A DNA stretch of 64,000 bases from Verrucomicrobiota bacterium (GTDB taxonomy: Bacteria > Verrucomicrobiota > Verrucomicrobiia > Limisphaerales > SIBE01), in assembly GCA_021733945.1 (NCBI GenBank), contig JAIPJX010000001.1, positions 3,707-67,706 of the forward strand. The letters run 5' to 3'. Made by a program: the position numbers and the translations under genes. Below the pieces are notes generated by a model. That model made no database searches. It was not told where the DNA came from and saw only the letters and a list, made by a program, of their open reading frames with translations. Below are positions 9,697 to 21,800 of the stretch, piece by piece; position 1 is the stretch's first letter; every line of letters starts with the position of its first letter.

Positions 9697-9862
9697 TTGG
9701 GTTTGGCTGCCGGAGTTCCAGGGAACTTTGCATCTTCAGACACAACCAAAGCGGCGGCGCCGCTGCGCTCTGCCGCGCGCACTCCAAAACACCATCGCTT
9801 TTTCCGACGCCATGCCCTGGAATCCATCCCAATGGCAGACACGAATCCCTCAAACGAATGGC
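9697..9862 (+). repeat. Interspersed repeat family 1, copy B
   Basis: Aligns with copy C over the upstream arm (GGCTGCCGGAGTTCCAGG...), the CCAAAGCGGCG...GCTGCGCTCTGCCGC core, and CCTGGAATCCATCCCAA. Confidence 0.6.
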
Positions 9863-9877
9863 GCTACCCCGGATGCA

Positions 9878-10606
9878 CTACGGACTCTCTGCCTGAAGCG
9901 GCTGGACCCTGTGGAGGTAGCTCTTCACCGCCACGGACCAGAGCTCATAGCCCTTGTGGTTCAGGTGTAGTCCGTCCGGTTTGAAAATCTCGTTCCGGGG
10001 CAGTCCCTCGCGACTGAGCATTGGCTTCGAAATGTCGATGTAATCGACAAACGGCGTTTCCCGGGCGTAACTCAGGATGGCACCATTGACGTTCCGGATC
10101 TTCTTCCTGAGTTTCCACCGGGCCAGACTGGGTTTGATCGAAAGAAACCCGATCCGTGTCTCGGGAAGCTCGTCCCGGATGGTTTCCACCAGCGTCTTAA
10201 AGTCTTCGACAATCTCGTCGTTTGTCTTTTGGGCAGCCACATCGTTGTCGCCGGCATAGACAATCACCACACTCGGCCGGTACGGCAGGATGATTCGATC
10301 TGCATAATGAACAACATCCGAAAGACAGGAACCTCCGAACCCCCGCCTGAACACCGTGAAGGGCCCCAGATCCTGCTTGGCCGTTTCCCATTGACCAACG
10401 CTCGAACTGCCCACCAACAGGATCGCGTCCTCGGGAGGAGGATTTATCTCGTCATTTGCTTCGAACTTCAGGATCTGTGATTCCCACCAGCCGTGGTATT
10501 CCGGTTGACGCGGAAATTCCCAGATCACACGCCCCACGCCCGATACCACGAGAAGCCCCAGGAGAACGATCAACCGGGTGTTTTTTCTCTTTCCACGGAC
10601 AACCAT
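9878..10606 (-). CDS. SGNH/GDSL-type hydrolase, membrane-anchored
   Basis: N-terminal TM helix. LLVGSSSVGQW (block I-like), VIVYAGDNDV, and DGLHLN (block V DxxH). Confidence 0.7.
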   Translation of the reverse strand: MVVRGKRKNTRLIVLLGLLVVSGVGRVIWEFPRQPEYHGWWESQILKFEANDEINPPPEDAILLVGSSSVGQWETAKQDLGPFTVFRRGFGGSCLSDVVHYADRIILPYRPSVVIVYAGDNDVAAQKTNDEIVEDFKTLVETIRDELPETRIGFLSIKPSLARWKLRKKIRNVNGAILSYARETPFVDYIDISKPMLSREGLPRNEIFKPDGLHLNHKGYELWSVAVKSYLHRVQPLQAESP

Positions 10607-10808
10607 GACCCGAATCTAACAAAAATCGCTCGCGCATGAAAGCTTTTGTTATCAGACCAACTGATTCCCTTTTTCACCCTCCTTATGCCAGCGTGCCATT
10701 CGGCAAAAGAAGCCTTGACCATCGCTGATTTCCCGTTAAATGAATGCTAGCCTGATTCAATTCGTCCCTATCAAGGGACATGTCGATCACTGTTCAACTA
10801 GGTACCTT

Positions 10809-11612
10809 ATGAAAAAACAACTCTCCGGCCTTCTCACCCGAGCCACATTCGCTCTGGCAGTGATCTCTTTGCTGTCGGTCTCAGCCCTCGCACAAACCCC
10901 CAAGAAACTGCTCCTGGTCACGGTGACCAAGGGTTTCCGTCACAGCTCCATCCCCACTGCGGAGAAGGTCCTCGGCGAATTGGCTGCCAAAAGTGGCGCG
11001 TTCACCATCGACAATGTCCGACAGAGCGAAGGCGACGCTGAAATGAGCCAGAAGATGACCATGGCGCAGCTGGCCAAGTATGACGGCGTGATCTTCGCCA
11101 ACACCACGGGGGTCCTCCCGCTGCCGGACAAGGCAGGCTTCCTCGACTGGATCAAGTCCGGCAAGGCATTCATCGGCATGCACTCGGCAAGCGACACGTT
11201 TCACGCTGAGAACGGCGTCGATCCCTATATTCAAATGCTGGGCGGCGAGTTCCGCACCCACCATGCGCAGGCAGGCATCGAATGCCTGGTCCAGGACAAG
11301 GATCACCCCGCCACCAAGCCGCTCGGCGAGAGTTACTGCATCGAACGGGAAGAGGTTTACCTGCTGAAGAATTACGATTCGGCCAACGTGCACGAATTGT
11401 TGGTCCTCGACAAACATCCCAACGACAAGAGCGTCTTCGGCCGGTTCCCGATCGCCTGGTGCAAGAAATACGGACAGGGCAATGTCTTTTACACTTCCCT
11501 GGGCCACCGCGAAGATGTCTGGGAAAACCCGACCTACCAGAAACACCTGCTGGGTGCCATCAAATGGGCGCTCGGCCTCGAAGAGGGCAATTCCAAACCA
11601 CAAATGCGCTAG
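10809..11612 (+). CDS. ThuA-like domain protein, secreted
   Basis: Signal peptide, then KKLLLVTVTKGFRHSSIP and FIGMHSASDTF, typical of the ThuA family. Start taken at the MKKQLSG ATG. Confidence 0.8.
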   Translation: MKKQLSGLLTRATFALAVISLLSVSALAQTPKKLLLVTVTKGFRHSSIPTAEKVLGELAAKSGAFTIDNVRQSEGDAEMSQKMTMAQLAKYDGVIFANTTGVLPLPDKAGFLDWIKSGKAFIGMHSASDTFHAENGVDPYIQMLGGEFRTHHAQAGIECLVQDKDHPATKPLGESYCIEREEVYLLKNYDSANVHELLVLDKHPNDKSVFGRFPIAWCKKYGQGNVFYTSLGHREDVWENPTYQKHLLGAIKWALGLEEGNSKPQMR

Positions 11613-11672
11613 GTCGCACGATTAAATTTCCACATTACCGGAGTGTGCGGTAAACTCCCTGCCAAGAGTCTC

Positions 11673-13043
11673 ATGATGAAAAACGAACCAGTATCGGAAC
11701 TGAATCGACGGAGCTTTTTAAAGGGCGGCTCCATCTCCACGCTCATGTCCCTGATCGGCGCGGTCGAACTCAAACCAGAACCGGCCGCCCAGGGCATCGC
11801 CGGCGTCAAGATCCAGGCCGGACCCAAGGTCAATTGCGCCGTGATCGGACTTGGAACCCGGGGACGCGAGATTGCACAGACCCTTTCGGTACTCCCGGAC
11901 GCCAATGTCTCTGCGGTCTGCGATCCGTATCCGAGCTCGCTGCGCCGGGGAGCCAAAGCCGCCCCGACCGCCGCTTCGATCAAAGATTATAAACAAATTC
12001 TGGCCGACAAGGCGATCAAGGCGGTCGTGATCGCCACTCCCTCCCACGAACATCGTCAGATCGTCATCGAAGCCCTGGACGCCGGCAAACACGTCTACTG
12101 CGAAGCGCCTCTGGCCCACACGATCGAGGATGCCCGGGCAATCGCCCTGGCCGCCCGCAAGGCCCACCGTCAGGTGTTCCAGGCCGGACTGCAGACCCGC
12201 TCGGAATCCCAGCGTCATTTCCTGCTCAGTTTCATCCGGGCCGGGGCCATCGGGCGTCCCGTCATGGTCAAGACACAGTGGCACAAGAAACAGAGCTGGC
12301 GGTTCGCCTCCCCCAACACCGAACGCGAAAAAGCCCTCAACTGGCGCCTCAGTCAGGAAACGTCCCCCGGGTTGATCGGCGAGATCGGCATCCATCAGGT
12401 CGATGCCACCTCCTGGTACCTCAACTCAAACCCGGTGGCGGTCACCGGATTTGGCGCAGTCAATTTCTGGAATGACGGACGCGACGTGCCGGACACCGTG
12501 CAGGCCGTGTTTGAGTACCCGAACAATGTGAACCTGATCGCCGACTGCACCCTGGCCAACTCGTTCGATTCGATGATGGACGTGCTGTACGGCACGGACA
12601 GCGCCGTCATGATTCGGGAGGAGAAGGCCTGGATGTTCAAGGAAGTGGACGCGCCCTTGTTGGGATGGGAAGTCTACGCCGCCAAGCAGGCTTTCTACCG
12701 GGAGACCGGCATTGCCCTGGTTGCCAATGCCACCAAACTCTCCGCTCAGGGCACCGCAGAGAAGGAAGCCCCCGCGTATACGAACACCACGCTGAGCACC
12801 GCGCTTGAGTCCTTCCTCATCAACAGTCGGCTCACGGGTACCGCTGTGGAGGACTTTCTCACCAATTATGGAGAGGATGAAGAGGGCTTGAAGGAGTATC
12901 TTGCCGACATGGAAAAGAACCGGCAGCCGGCAGCCGGCTATCAGGAAGGCTACGAAGCCACCGTCTCCGTGCTGAAAGCCAACGAGGCTATTCTCGGTAA
13001 GAAACGAATCGTTTTGGACAAGGAACTTTATCAACTGGGCTAA
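11673..13043 (+). CDS. Gfo/Idh/MocA-family oxidoreductase with twin-arginine signal
   Basis: NRRSFLKGG Tat motif. Rossmann segment NCAVIGLGTRGRE. EAPLAHT-type motif (YCEAPLAHTIEDA). Confidence 0.85.
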   Translation: MMKNEPVSELNRRSFLKGGSISTLMSLIGAVELKPEPAAQGIAGVKIQAGPKVNCAVIGLGTRGREIAQTLSVLPDANVSAVCDPYPSSLRRGAKAAPTAASIKDYKQILADKAIKAVVIATPSHEHRQIVIEALDAGKHVYCEAPLAHTIEDARAIALAARKAHRQVFQAGLQTRSESQRHFLLSFIRAGAIGRPVMVKTQWHKKQSWRFASPNTEREKALNWRLSQETSPGLIGEIGIHQVDATSWYLNSNPVAVTGFGAVNFWNDGRDVPDTVQAVFEYPNNVNLIADCTLANSFDSMMDVLYGTDSAVMIREEKAWMFKEVDAPLLGWEVYAAKQAFYRETGIALVANATKLSAQGTAEKEAPAYTNTTLSTALESFLINSRLTGTAVEDFLTNYGEDEEGLKEYLADMEKNRQPAAGYQEGYEATVSVLKANEAILGKKRIVLDKELYQLG

Positions 13044-13157
13044 CTCCCGGAATACTACCCGGCCTTGGCTTCCATTGGAAACCGCAGGGACGCCGATCGT
13101 TTCCGACCGTCGTCCGAACGCACCGGAGCCTGTAACCACAGAATAAACGCACTGACT

Positions 13158-13799
13158 ATGAAATCGAAAAATACATGGATCCAAAAAAGCCTTCTCGCAT
13201 TGATCGCGCTGATGATCGCCGTTCCGGCGCTTCGAGCCGAAGAGTGGGTGCGCTACCAGGCCCGGCCTGGCAGCAAGATCAAGATTGAAGGAACCTCCAC
13301 CATCCATGATTGGGCCGTCGAAGGTGGAATCATCAGCGGTGCCATGGAACTGGAATCCAATTTCCCACTGGACCCGGCAGTCAAGGCACCGGACTCCGCC
13401 AAACTCAACGCCAGGGTTCAGGTCTCCATCCCGGTTCGTTCGCTCAAGAGCGGAAAGACCCTGATGGACGATGTGATGCGCGGTGCCATGAACGAGGAGA
13501 AGTTTAAGCTGATCCAGTACAAGCTCGACTCGATCTCAATGAAACCTCACAAGGCCGGCGAAGCCCTGGAATACGAAGCCGATGGCGTGATCACGGTCTC
13601 CGGGGTTTCCAAACCGAACAAGATGAGCGTGAAAATCGAAAAAATCAGCGGCACCAGCCTCAAGGTCATCGGTGAGACCCCGCTCAAAATGAGCGATTTC
13701 GGAATCGAACCTCCGGCTCCCTCGATCGGTCTGGGCCTGATCAAGACCTCCGATGATGTCAAGGTGACCTTCGAATGGGTCACCGCCCAGCGGAAATAG
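13158..13799 (+). CDS. YceI-like periplasmic protein
   Basis: Signal peptide, then SKIKIEGTSTIHDWAVEGG and a C-terminal DDVKVTFEW, typical of YceI-like lipid/polyisoprenoid-binding proteins. Confidence 0.8.
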   Translation: MKSKNTWIQKSLLALIALMIAVPALRAEEWVRYQARPGSKIKIEGTSTIHDWAVEGGIISGAMELESNFPLDPAVKAPDSAKLNARVQVSIPVRSLKSGKTLMDDVMRGAMNEEKFKLIQYKLDSISMKPHKAGEALEYEADGVITVSGVSKPNKMSVKIEKISGTSLKVIGETPLKMSDFGIEPPAPSIGLGLIKTSDDVKVTFEWVTAQRK

Positions 13800-13826
13800 G
13801 AAAGCCCTTCCAAAAACCTGAATATC

Positions 13827-13857
13827 GGGGAGTGGGGTTCGCCCCACTCCCTTTTTT
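13827..13857 (+). terminator. Rho-independent terminator after the YceI-like gene
   Basis: GGGGAGTGGGG-TTC-GCCCCACTCCC followed by TTTTTT. The T-run overlaps the stop codon of the convergent bioA. Confidence 0.6.
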
Positions 13858-15307
13858 AGTTTTTCAGCAATACTTCGCCAATGCCCTCGCGCACCGCTCC
13901 AACCATCTTCGCCACCTGCTCGTCGGTCGTGCAGTAGGGCGGCATCAGCACGATGACGTTCCCGACGGGTCGCGTCAGGACCCCGCGCCGGGCCATGGCC
14001 TCGCAAACCCGGATACCCACCCGGTCCGTCAACGGAAACGCCTCCCGGGTCCGCCAATCCCTCACGAGTTCGATTCCCGCAATCAACCCGACCTGCCGCA
14101 GATCTCCCACCTGCGGCAATTTCCAGAGCGCAGCCAATTCGCTCTCCAACACTTTTTGCAGACGCACACGACGTCTTATCGATGCCGAACCTGTCAGAAT
14201 CTCAAGACTGGACAACGCAGCGGCACTTCCGAGCTGGTTCCCAGTGAAACTGTGGCCGTGAAAGAAGGATTTAAATTCGCCGTACTCGCCCAGAAACGCT
14301 TCGAACACCCGGCCCGTGGTCAACGTCGCCGCCATCGGCAGGTATCCCCCGGTCAACCCCTTGGCAACGGCCAGATACTCCGGTTGCACCCCTTCCTGAT
14401 GGCTGGCAAACAACACCGGCCCGGCATTCGGATCCCCGTTCCCCAAGTCACGAATTCCAGTCCGCCCGAATCCGGTCATGACCTCGTCCGCGATCAACGG
14501 CACGTCGATCTGTTTCAAAAGACCGGCCACCCGTCGAAGCCACCCCTCCGGATGCGCCACAATACCCGCGGCACCCTGCACCAGGGGCTCCACCACCATG
14601 CCCGCATGCGGATCTCCCTTCTGCTTTCGCACCACCAGCTTCTTTTCCACACGATCCACGCACTCCCATTGGCATTTCCGGTAGTCGCGGGCATCGGCCC
14701 GTTCCGCCCGGGCTTTATTATGCGGACACCGGTAGCAGGCGGGTGCCATCACGCTCTCCGTTTTAAACAGCAGCGGCTGATATGCCTTATGGAACAAATC
14801 GACATGCCCGAGACTCACCGCTCCGACCGTGTCCCCATGATAAGCACCGCCCAGCGAAAGAAACCGGGGCCTGCTTCCCGGACGCTTCCGCCGCGCCACC
14901 TCGAACGCCATCTTCAGCGCGACTTCCATCGCGGTGGATCCGTCGTCCGAATAAAACACCCTTTCCAGCGGCCGCGCCTTTGCATCTCGAACAATCCCCT
15001 CCGGGTTCGCGTGCCGGATCAGTTGTTCCGCCAACAGGGACGCCGGTTCATTGGCGAATCCGAGCGCGGAAGAATGGGAGATCCTGCCCAGCTGCCTCCG
15101 GATCGCCGCATTGATCTTCGGGTGGTTGTGCCCATGCAGGTTGGTCCAGATCGACGCGTTGGCGTCCAGATAGTCGCGTCCGTGAACATCCCGTAGAACA
15201 GCCCCCTTCCCTTCCGCAATCACGATGGGCTCCGTCTTGAGCCAGTCCCGCATCTGCGTGAACGGATGCCAAAGATGGTCGTGATCGAGTTGGGCGGTCC
15301 TGTGCAT
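13856..15307 (-). CDS. bioA: Adenosylmethionine-8-amino-7-oxononanoate aminotransferase
   Basis: DHDHLWHPFTQM, LHGHNHPKINAAI and LIADEVMTGFGRTG match the BioA class-III aminotransferase pattern. Confidence 0.93.
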   Translation of the reverse strand: MHRTAQLDHDHLWHPFTQMRDWLKTEPIVIAEGKGAVLRDVHGRDYLDANASIWTNLHGHNHPKINAAIRRQLGRISHSSALGFANEPASLLAEQLIRHANPEGIVRDAKARPLERVFYSDDGSTAMEVALKMAFEVARRKRPGSRPRFLSLGGAYHGDTVGAVSLGHVDLFHKAYQPLLFKTESVMAPACYRCPHNKARAERADARDYRKCQWECVDRVEKKLVVRKQKGDPHAGMVVEPLVQGAAGIVAHPEGWLRRVAGLLKQIDVPLIADEVMTGFGRTGIRDLGNGDPNAGPVLFASHQEGVQPEYLAVAKGLTGGYLPMAATLTTGRVFEAFLGEYGEFKSFFHGHSFTGNQLGSAAALSSLEILTGSASIRRRVRLQKVLESELAALWKLPQVGDLRQVGLIAGIELVRDWRTREAFPLTDRVGIRVCEAMARRGVLTRPVGNVIVLMPPYCTTDEQVAKMVGAVREGIGEVLLKN

Positions 15308-15449
15308 GTTATTCCTGATCCCCCCCGGAAGCGGCAGGCGACCCGGATCGCCTCGATCGAGCCCGGGAAGAAAGCTTGATCGTTTGTCTGGTTAGAGGGA
15401 TAAATCGAAGGAAGCAACCCAAATCTTTCCCCATCGAGAATCGTTTGCC

Positions 15450-16181
15450 ATGAAACCCGCACCCCAGATTCGCCTCCTTCGCCGGGCATTTACGCTGATC
15501 GAACTCCTCGTTGTCATTGCCATCATTGCCATTCTGGCCGGCATGCTTCTGCCCGCCCTGTCGAAGGCCAAGGAACAGGGACAACGCACCCGGTGTTTGA
15601 GCAACCTCAAACAAATCCTCCTGGCCACACACATGTATGTCATGGATAACAACGACAGTCTCCCCTACAGCTCCTGGAGCTCGGGCACCTACGACCAGCC
15701 CAACTGGTGTTATACCCGCAAGCGCGGCGTCAACCCCGAACATGTCGTTGAACTCGGCACCCTCTGGCCCTACCACGGCGAACGCAACATTTACTGGTGC
15801 CCCTTGGACCGCACCAATACCGCCCTCTTCCGCCAGCGCGAAATGAAGGTCTCCAGCTACATGATCAACGGCTCCGTCAGTGCCTATTCCACCGGACCAA
15901 AAGGCGATTGGACCACTTATAAAATGAGCCAGTTCAGCCCGGATCACATGTTGTTCTGGGAAGCCGACGAACGCCTCCCCTCAAATTACGACAACGTCGC
16001 CAGCCGCCCCAACGAGGGCGTGACCGAACGTCACAGCACGGGCACGGTCATGGGCATGTTCGGCGGTCAAACCGAATACATGCGCTTTCAGAAATATTAC
16101 GAAGAGGCCGGCATCGGCGGTTTCCCCGGAAAACGACCCGGCCGCTTCTGGAACAATCCCGGATCCAAAACCGGCGATTAA
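15450..16181 (+). CDS. Prepilin-type N-terminal cleavage/methylation domain protein (H-X9-DG-like family)
   Basis: Class III signal ([27 protein letters not shown]). The C-terminal region has a variant motif [13 protein letters not shown]. Confidence 0.85.
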   Translation: MKPAPQIRLLRRAFTLIELLVVIAIIAILAGMLLPALSKAKEQGQRTRCLSNLKQILLATHMYVMDNNDSLPYSSWSSGTYDQPNWCYTRKRGVNPEHVVELGTLWPYHGERNIYWCPLDRTNTALFRQREMKVSSYMINGSVSAYSTGPKGDWTTYKMSQFSPDHMLFWEADERLPSNYDNVASRPNEGVTERHSTGTVMGMFGGQTEYMRFQKYYEEAGIGGFPGKRPGRFWNNPGSKTGD

Positions 16182-16214
16182 TCCTGCCGCTTCAACCCGT
16201 GCCAACCCTCTGAC

Positions 16215-16607
16215 ATGAAACTCTCCCTTCCCCGAACATTCACAGCCTCTCTCGCCGTCGCTTCACTCTGCTTCGGCTCCGGGTGCGGATCGGATCCCGA
16301 CGACGCCCTCGGCTCCGTAAAACCCGCCGCCGCGGCCGCCGAGCTGGACCAGACCTTCGCGGACGCCGATGCCCGGACTCGCAAGAACGTCGATGCAGCC
16401 TCCGAAGCCATGAAACGCGGCGAGTATGAGAAAGCCGTGGTCTCCCTGCAAACGGTTCGAGGCACCGAAAACCTGACTCTCCAACAGGGCATGGCCGTGC
16501 AACGCTCCGTCATTTCCATGGAAGCCGAATTGATCAGCGCCATGGAAAGCGGGGACCAAAACGCCCGCAAAGCCTATCAGCTGCTCAAGCAGGTCAACCG
16601 CAACTGA
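16215..16607 (+). CDS. Small lipoprotein, unknown function
   Basis: Lipobox-like SLCFGSGC and a helical Ala/Glu-rich body. No family recognised. Confidence 0.6.
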   Translation: MKLSLPRTFTASLAVASLCFGSGCGSDPDDALGSVKPAAAAAELDQTFADADARTRKNVDAASEAMKRGEYEKAVVSLQTVRGTENLTLQQGMAVQRSVISMEAELISAMESGDQNARKAYQLLKQVNRN

Positions 16608-16635
16608 AACCCGCTGCAGCCCATCCCCGAACCCC

Positions 16636-17199
16636 ATGAACCGTGACACCGCGTGGACTCTCCTCAACGAATTCACCAAATCCGAATCGTTGATCAAGCA
16701 TGCCCTTGCCGTTGAAGCCTCCATGCGCGGTGCGGCCGGTCGGCTCGGAGCCGACCCCGACCAGTGGGCCCTCACCGGCCTGCTTCATGATTTCGACTAC
16801 GAACGCTGGCCAAACCCGCCGGACCACACCCGGGAGGGTGCCCGGATTCTCCGGGAACGCGGAGTCGACGAGGAAATCATCGGCGCCATCCTGTCCCATG
16901 CGGAGTGGAACCACGCCGATTACCCCCTCGACCGGCCGATTCGCAGGGCTCTCTTCGCCGTGGACGAACTTTCCGGATTCGTAACCGCGGTTGCCTACGT
17001 CCGACCCGATCGACTGCGTGGCATGACCGCCGGCAGCGTGAAGAAGAAGATGAAACAAAAATCCTTCGCCGCAGCCGTCAGTCGCCAGGACATTACCCGC
17101 GGGGCCGAACTTCTGGATCGATCCCTCGACGATCATATCGGCGACGTGATCGCGTCCCTGCTCACCATCGAAACCGAACTCGGCCTCGCGATCCCCTGA
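16636..17199 (+). CDS. HD-domain phosphohydrolase
   Basis: KHALAVEASMR ... GLLHDFDYE gives the H...HD...D metal-binding pattern. Confidence 0.8.
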   Translation: MNRDTAWTLLNEFTKSESLIKHALAVEASMRGAAGRLGADPDQWALTGLLHDFDYERWPNPPDHTREGARILRERGVDEEIIGAILSHAEWNHADYPLDRPIRRALFAVDELSGFVTAVAYVRPDRLRGMTAGSVKKKMKQKSFAAAVSRQDITRGAELLDRSLDDHIGDVIASLLTIETELGLAIP

Positions 17200-17424
17200 C
17201 CCATCGGGTCAAAACTCCCCCCCCACACATCGATCCCCGCCCTGAAGGCCGGCCATTCCTGCGGGGCTGGTGGGGTCTGGTTGTGAAGCGATCGATTTTT
17301 TAATGGAAATCGGAGCCGGCAGCCCCTGTCCACTGTGCCCAAAAACGCACGCTTGTCGGATTCATCTTACAGGGGTATAAAAAGTGGCCAGTCTCGCTTT
17401 GTGTTTTTTTGAAGGATAAAAGCT

Positions 17425-18276
17425 ATGCTCTCATCTAAATCCCATTCCCAGATCACCCACCGTTCTCAAGGCAAATCCGCGCACGGGTTCACCCTGATCG
17501 AACTGCTCGTCGTCATCGCCATCATTGCAATCCTTGCCGGAATGCTCCTGCCCGCCCTGGGCAAGGCAAAGTCCAAGGCCACCGGCATCACCTGCATGAG
17601 CAATACCAAGCAAATCATGTTGGGCTGGATGTTTTATGCGGGTGACAATGACGAAAGGATCACCCATGCGTACGGCACCGCCCACGGATGGATGGGCGGC
17701 GGCGAACAGGTTCTCGATTACACCGCCAAACGAACCAACTGGGACCCTGAAGTCTCTGTGCGACGGAGTCCTCTCTATCCATACATCAGCGCGGACGCCG
17801 TCTTCAAATGTCCGGCCGACAAAAGCACCGTCAAGGCCGAGGGCCAGGTCCGGCCCCGGGTCCGCAGCATGTCCATGAACGCCTGGGTCGGCGGCAATGA
17901 CGGAAAACATACCTGGTACGGCGGTGAAGAGTGGCGCATGTATCTCAAGACCTCGGACATGGTGGATCCCGGCCCCTCCATGACCATGGTGCTTTTGGAC
18001 GAACGCGAAGACAGCATCAACGACGGGTTCTGGGTGGTCTGGATGCCCGGGTATCCGGACCCGGCACAAGCGAAAATCATCGATTACCCCGCGAGTTACC
18101 ACAACGGAGCAGCCGGGATCTCCTTCGGGGACGGCCATTCCGAGATTCACAAGTGGATCGATCCACGGACCGTGCCGGCCCTTCAAAAAAATGGGAACAT
18201 CCCCCTGAATGTTCCCTCGCCGAACAACAAGGATGTCATCTGGACCCAGGACCGGGCAACCCGCCTCAGGCGCTGA
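17425..18276 (+). CDS. Prepilin-type N-terminal cleavage/methylation domain protein with H-X9-DG motif
   Basis: [30 protein letters not shown]. The C-terminal region has [15 protein letters not shown]. Confidence 0.85.
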   Translation: MLSSKSHSQITHRSQGKSAHGFTLIELLVVIAIIAILAGMLLPALGKAKSKATGITCMSNTKQIMLGWMFYAGDNDERITHAYGTAHGWMGGGEQVLDYTAKRTNWDPEVSVRRSPLYPYISADAVFKCPADKSTVKAEGQVRPRVRSMSMNAWVGGNDGKHTWYGGEEWRMYLKTSDMVDPGPSMTMVLLDEREDSINDGFWVVWMPGYPDPAQAKIIDYPASYHNGAAGISFGDGHSEIHKWIDPRTVPALQKNGNIPLNVPSPNNKDVIWTQDRATRLRR

Positions 18277-18365
18277 TTCCTGGCTCCAATTCAAAACCCG
18301 GATCGTTCCGCGATTTTACCGCCGCAGGCAGCTCCCCGCCGGAACGGGCGCCGTCCGCACTCCTG

Positions 18366-18734
18366 ATGAATCCAAAAAACATCCGACGAATCGCGGCCGG
18401 TGCCGGCTTCCTCGCCGTTGCCCTCGGTGCCTTTGGTGCCCACACCTTGAGCGCATTGCTCGCCAGGCTCGATACAACCCACATCTGGGAGAAAGCGGTT
18501 CTCTACCACTTCATTCATGCCCTGATGCTGTTTGTGATCGCAGATCGGGAACCGCTGCGCAGAGGCCCGTGGTTCTGCTTTCTCGTCGGCATCCTCGTGT
18601 TCAGCGGCAGCCTCTACGTGATGGCCGTCACCAACCTCAGATGGCTCGGAGCCATCACCCCGATCGGCGGCGTGAGTTTCCTGGCCGGATGGGCGTGGCT
18701 GGCCTGCTCCCCAGCACCCAACGGATCCAGGTGA
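18366..18734 (+). CDS. DUF423-family small membrane protein
   Basis: FLAVALGAFGAHTL and four predicted TM helices. Start taken at MNPKNIRR; the upstream part of the ORF-track ORF overlaps the preceding gene. Confidence 0.75.
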   Translation: MNPKNIRRIAAGAGFLAVALGAFGAHTLSALLARLDTTHIWEKAVLYHFIHALMLFVIADREPLRRGPWFCFLVGILVFSGSLYVMAVTNLRWLGAITPIGGVSFLAGWAWLACSPAPNGSR

Positions 18735-18735
18735 C

Positions 18736-19377
18736 CTAACCCAGTCCGGGAATGCTCGCCTCTTTCCGAAAGTTCTGGTAGGCCAGCATCGCGAGCATGA
18801 CGGCACCAAACACGTATCCCTCCAGGGCCGCCCAGACACAAAGCACCGCAGCCAGGACAAATCCTATGTTGCACACCAGGTTTTTCCTCCGGGGACCCAG
18901 CACATCCCGGAGAATCTGCCCGCCATCCAGAGGCAGGATGGGAAGCAGATTCAACAGACTCCAGACGAAATTGATGTACAAACCGTATCGTGCAGCCAGT
19001 CCCAGCAGAGGGTTCGGGGAGTCGCTCAAGCCGACCCGGACCAGCGCATAAATCAACACCCCGAGGAGCAGCCCCGCCGCCGGGCCGGCGGCGGTCACCA
19101 GAATGTTCTCCTTTCGACTGAACCTGCCCTCCGGCAGAAAGGTCGCCCCCCCCAACCCGTGCAACCGGATTGCCGGGTCCGCTCCGAAATGCCGCCCCAC
19201 CAGGGCATGCCCGAGCTCGTGCACGATGATCGAACCTAAAACAACGGCAGTCCAGACAAGCACCCGGATCCAGTCCTCGGGTCGGCTCGCGCTCATGGCC
19301 CCACCCAGGAAAGCACAGGTCAACCAGAACCACCCTTCGACAACAATGGGAATACGAAACAACGAGAACCTTATCAT
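18736..19377 (-). CDS. Site-2 protease family (M50) zinc metalloprotease
   Basis: HELGHALVGRHFG (HExxH) and NLLPILPLDGG. The protein is polytopic. Confidence 0.85.
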   Translation of the reverse strand: MIRFSLFRIPIVVEGWFWLTCAFLGGAMSASRPEDWIRVLVWTAVVLGSIIVHELGHALVGRHFGADPAIRLHGLGGATFLPEGRFSRKENILVTAAGPAAGLLLGVLIYALVRVGLSDSPNPLLGLAARYGLYINFVWSLLNLLPILPLDGGQILRDVLGPRRKNLVCNIGFVLAAVLCVWAALEGYVFGAVMLAMLAYQNFRKEASIPGLG

Positions 19378-19444
19378 TCACCCCACTCAGAACCATGCGC
19401 CCGGCTTACTCAAGTTCAATTTTCCACAGCACCCAAGCGCGGCC

Positions 19445-19472
19445 TTGACTCAAAATCGAGCGGATTTATGAT
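19445..19472 (+). promoter_or_regulatory. Sigma-70-like promoter candidate for eno
   Basis: TTGACT (19445-19450), a 16-nt spacer, then TATGAT (19467-19472), 35 nt upstream of the eno ATG. Confidence 0.35.
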
Positions 19473-19485
19473 GCGCGCTCATTAA

Positions 19486-20781
<1,296 letters not shown>

Positions 20782-20813
20782 TCCGCCAATCTCTCGTTTG
20801 CAAACTCTCCGGT

Positions 20814-21305
20814 TCAGCCATTGGGGCTGTCCGGAGGGTTTTTCTTTTCCGCACCGACTCCCTCCTCCTCGGTGAGACCTCCGCCTCCCGGAAGTAATCG
20901 GGCTCCCAGCGCAATCACCAGCAGCGTCGCGCCGAGCGAACAAACAATCGCCGCGCCGGTCGGCAGGTCCAGTCTGTAGGATCCGTATAAACCGCCGACA
21001 CTGGCAACGGTGGCGACCGCCCACCCGATGGCCAACCGTGCGGGGAGCGATGCGGCAACGAAGTTCGCGCACACCGCCGGCACAATCAGAAACGAGAAAA
21101 CCAGAAGCACGCCACCAATGTGTACAAAGCTGGTCACCACAAAACCAAATAGAGCGTAGAACAGGAAATCCCACCACCGGATGGACAGTCCCTCGGCCAC
21201 CGCTCGCTCCGGTTCAAATGAAATCATCAGAAACTGCCTGCGGAAGACGAAGTGAACAACCCCGATCACACTGTATAAAAGAAACGTCTTCGTGATCGCC
21301 CAGAT
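20814..21305 (-). pseudogene. C-terminal half of an ABC-3 (ZnuB/MntB-type) metal transporter permease; N-terminal half missing
   Basis: FEPERAVAEGLSIRWWDFLFYALFGFVVT...LIVPAVCANF aligns to roughly the last 120-130 residues of ZnuB-type permeases. The reading frame closes with a stop just upstream of 21305, and no ATPase or binding-protein gene is adjacent. Confidence 0.6.
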
Positions 21306-21720
21306 TCAGACCGCCCGACACATCCGAATCGGTCGACCAACCGGCAATCGTGATCAGATCAAACCCCACATTCAGGTAGGCGGACCCGGCCGAGACCAGG
21401 GGTCGGCCCGTGGATGGGCCGCTGGCGAGCGGCGTCGGTCCAGGGGCGGCAACCCCGGGCTGCACAGCCAATTCCTCCGCCAGCTCACGCTCCAGAGCCT
21501 CCCGGGCCGGATCGGGCACCGCTTTCGGCTGCAGTTCCTCAATCTGTCGGCTCAACGCCTCGATCTGCAGTCGTTGTTGTTCCTGCGTCTTCTCAAATGC
21601 CGCCCGCATGCGCTCGAGCTGCAGCTTGAGTTCCTTCACCTGACCACTCTCCTGCGCCACACCCGTGGCGGCAAAGAGACACAGTGATCCCACGAGGAGA
21701 AAACCACGAAATTGTCTCAT
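21214..21720 (-). pseudogene. N-terminal fragment of a secreted coiled-coil / beta-barrel-like protein (probable truncation)
   Basis: A signal peptide (MRQFRGFLLVGSLCLFAATGVAQE) and a coiled coil lead into amphipathic beta-like sequence (AYLNVGFDLITIAGWSTDSD). The ORF then runs into unrelated sequence after GGLNLGDH (~21292) and overlaps the permease fragment. Confidence 0.4.
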
Positions 21721-21800
21721 ATTCTTCCGGACAAACTCGCTCCGCCCACGGGCGGACGCACAAACATTCTCAGCCAAAAACCAACCCAATACCGATGGGA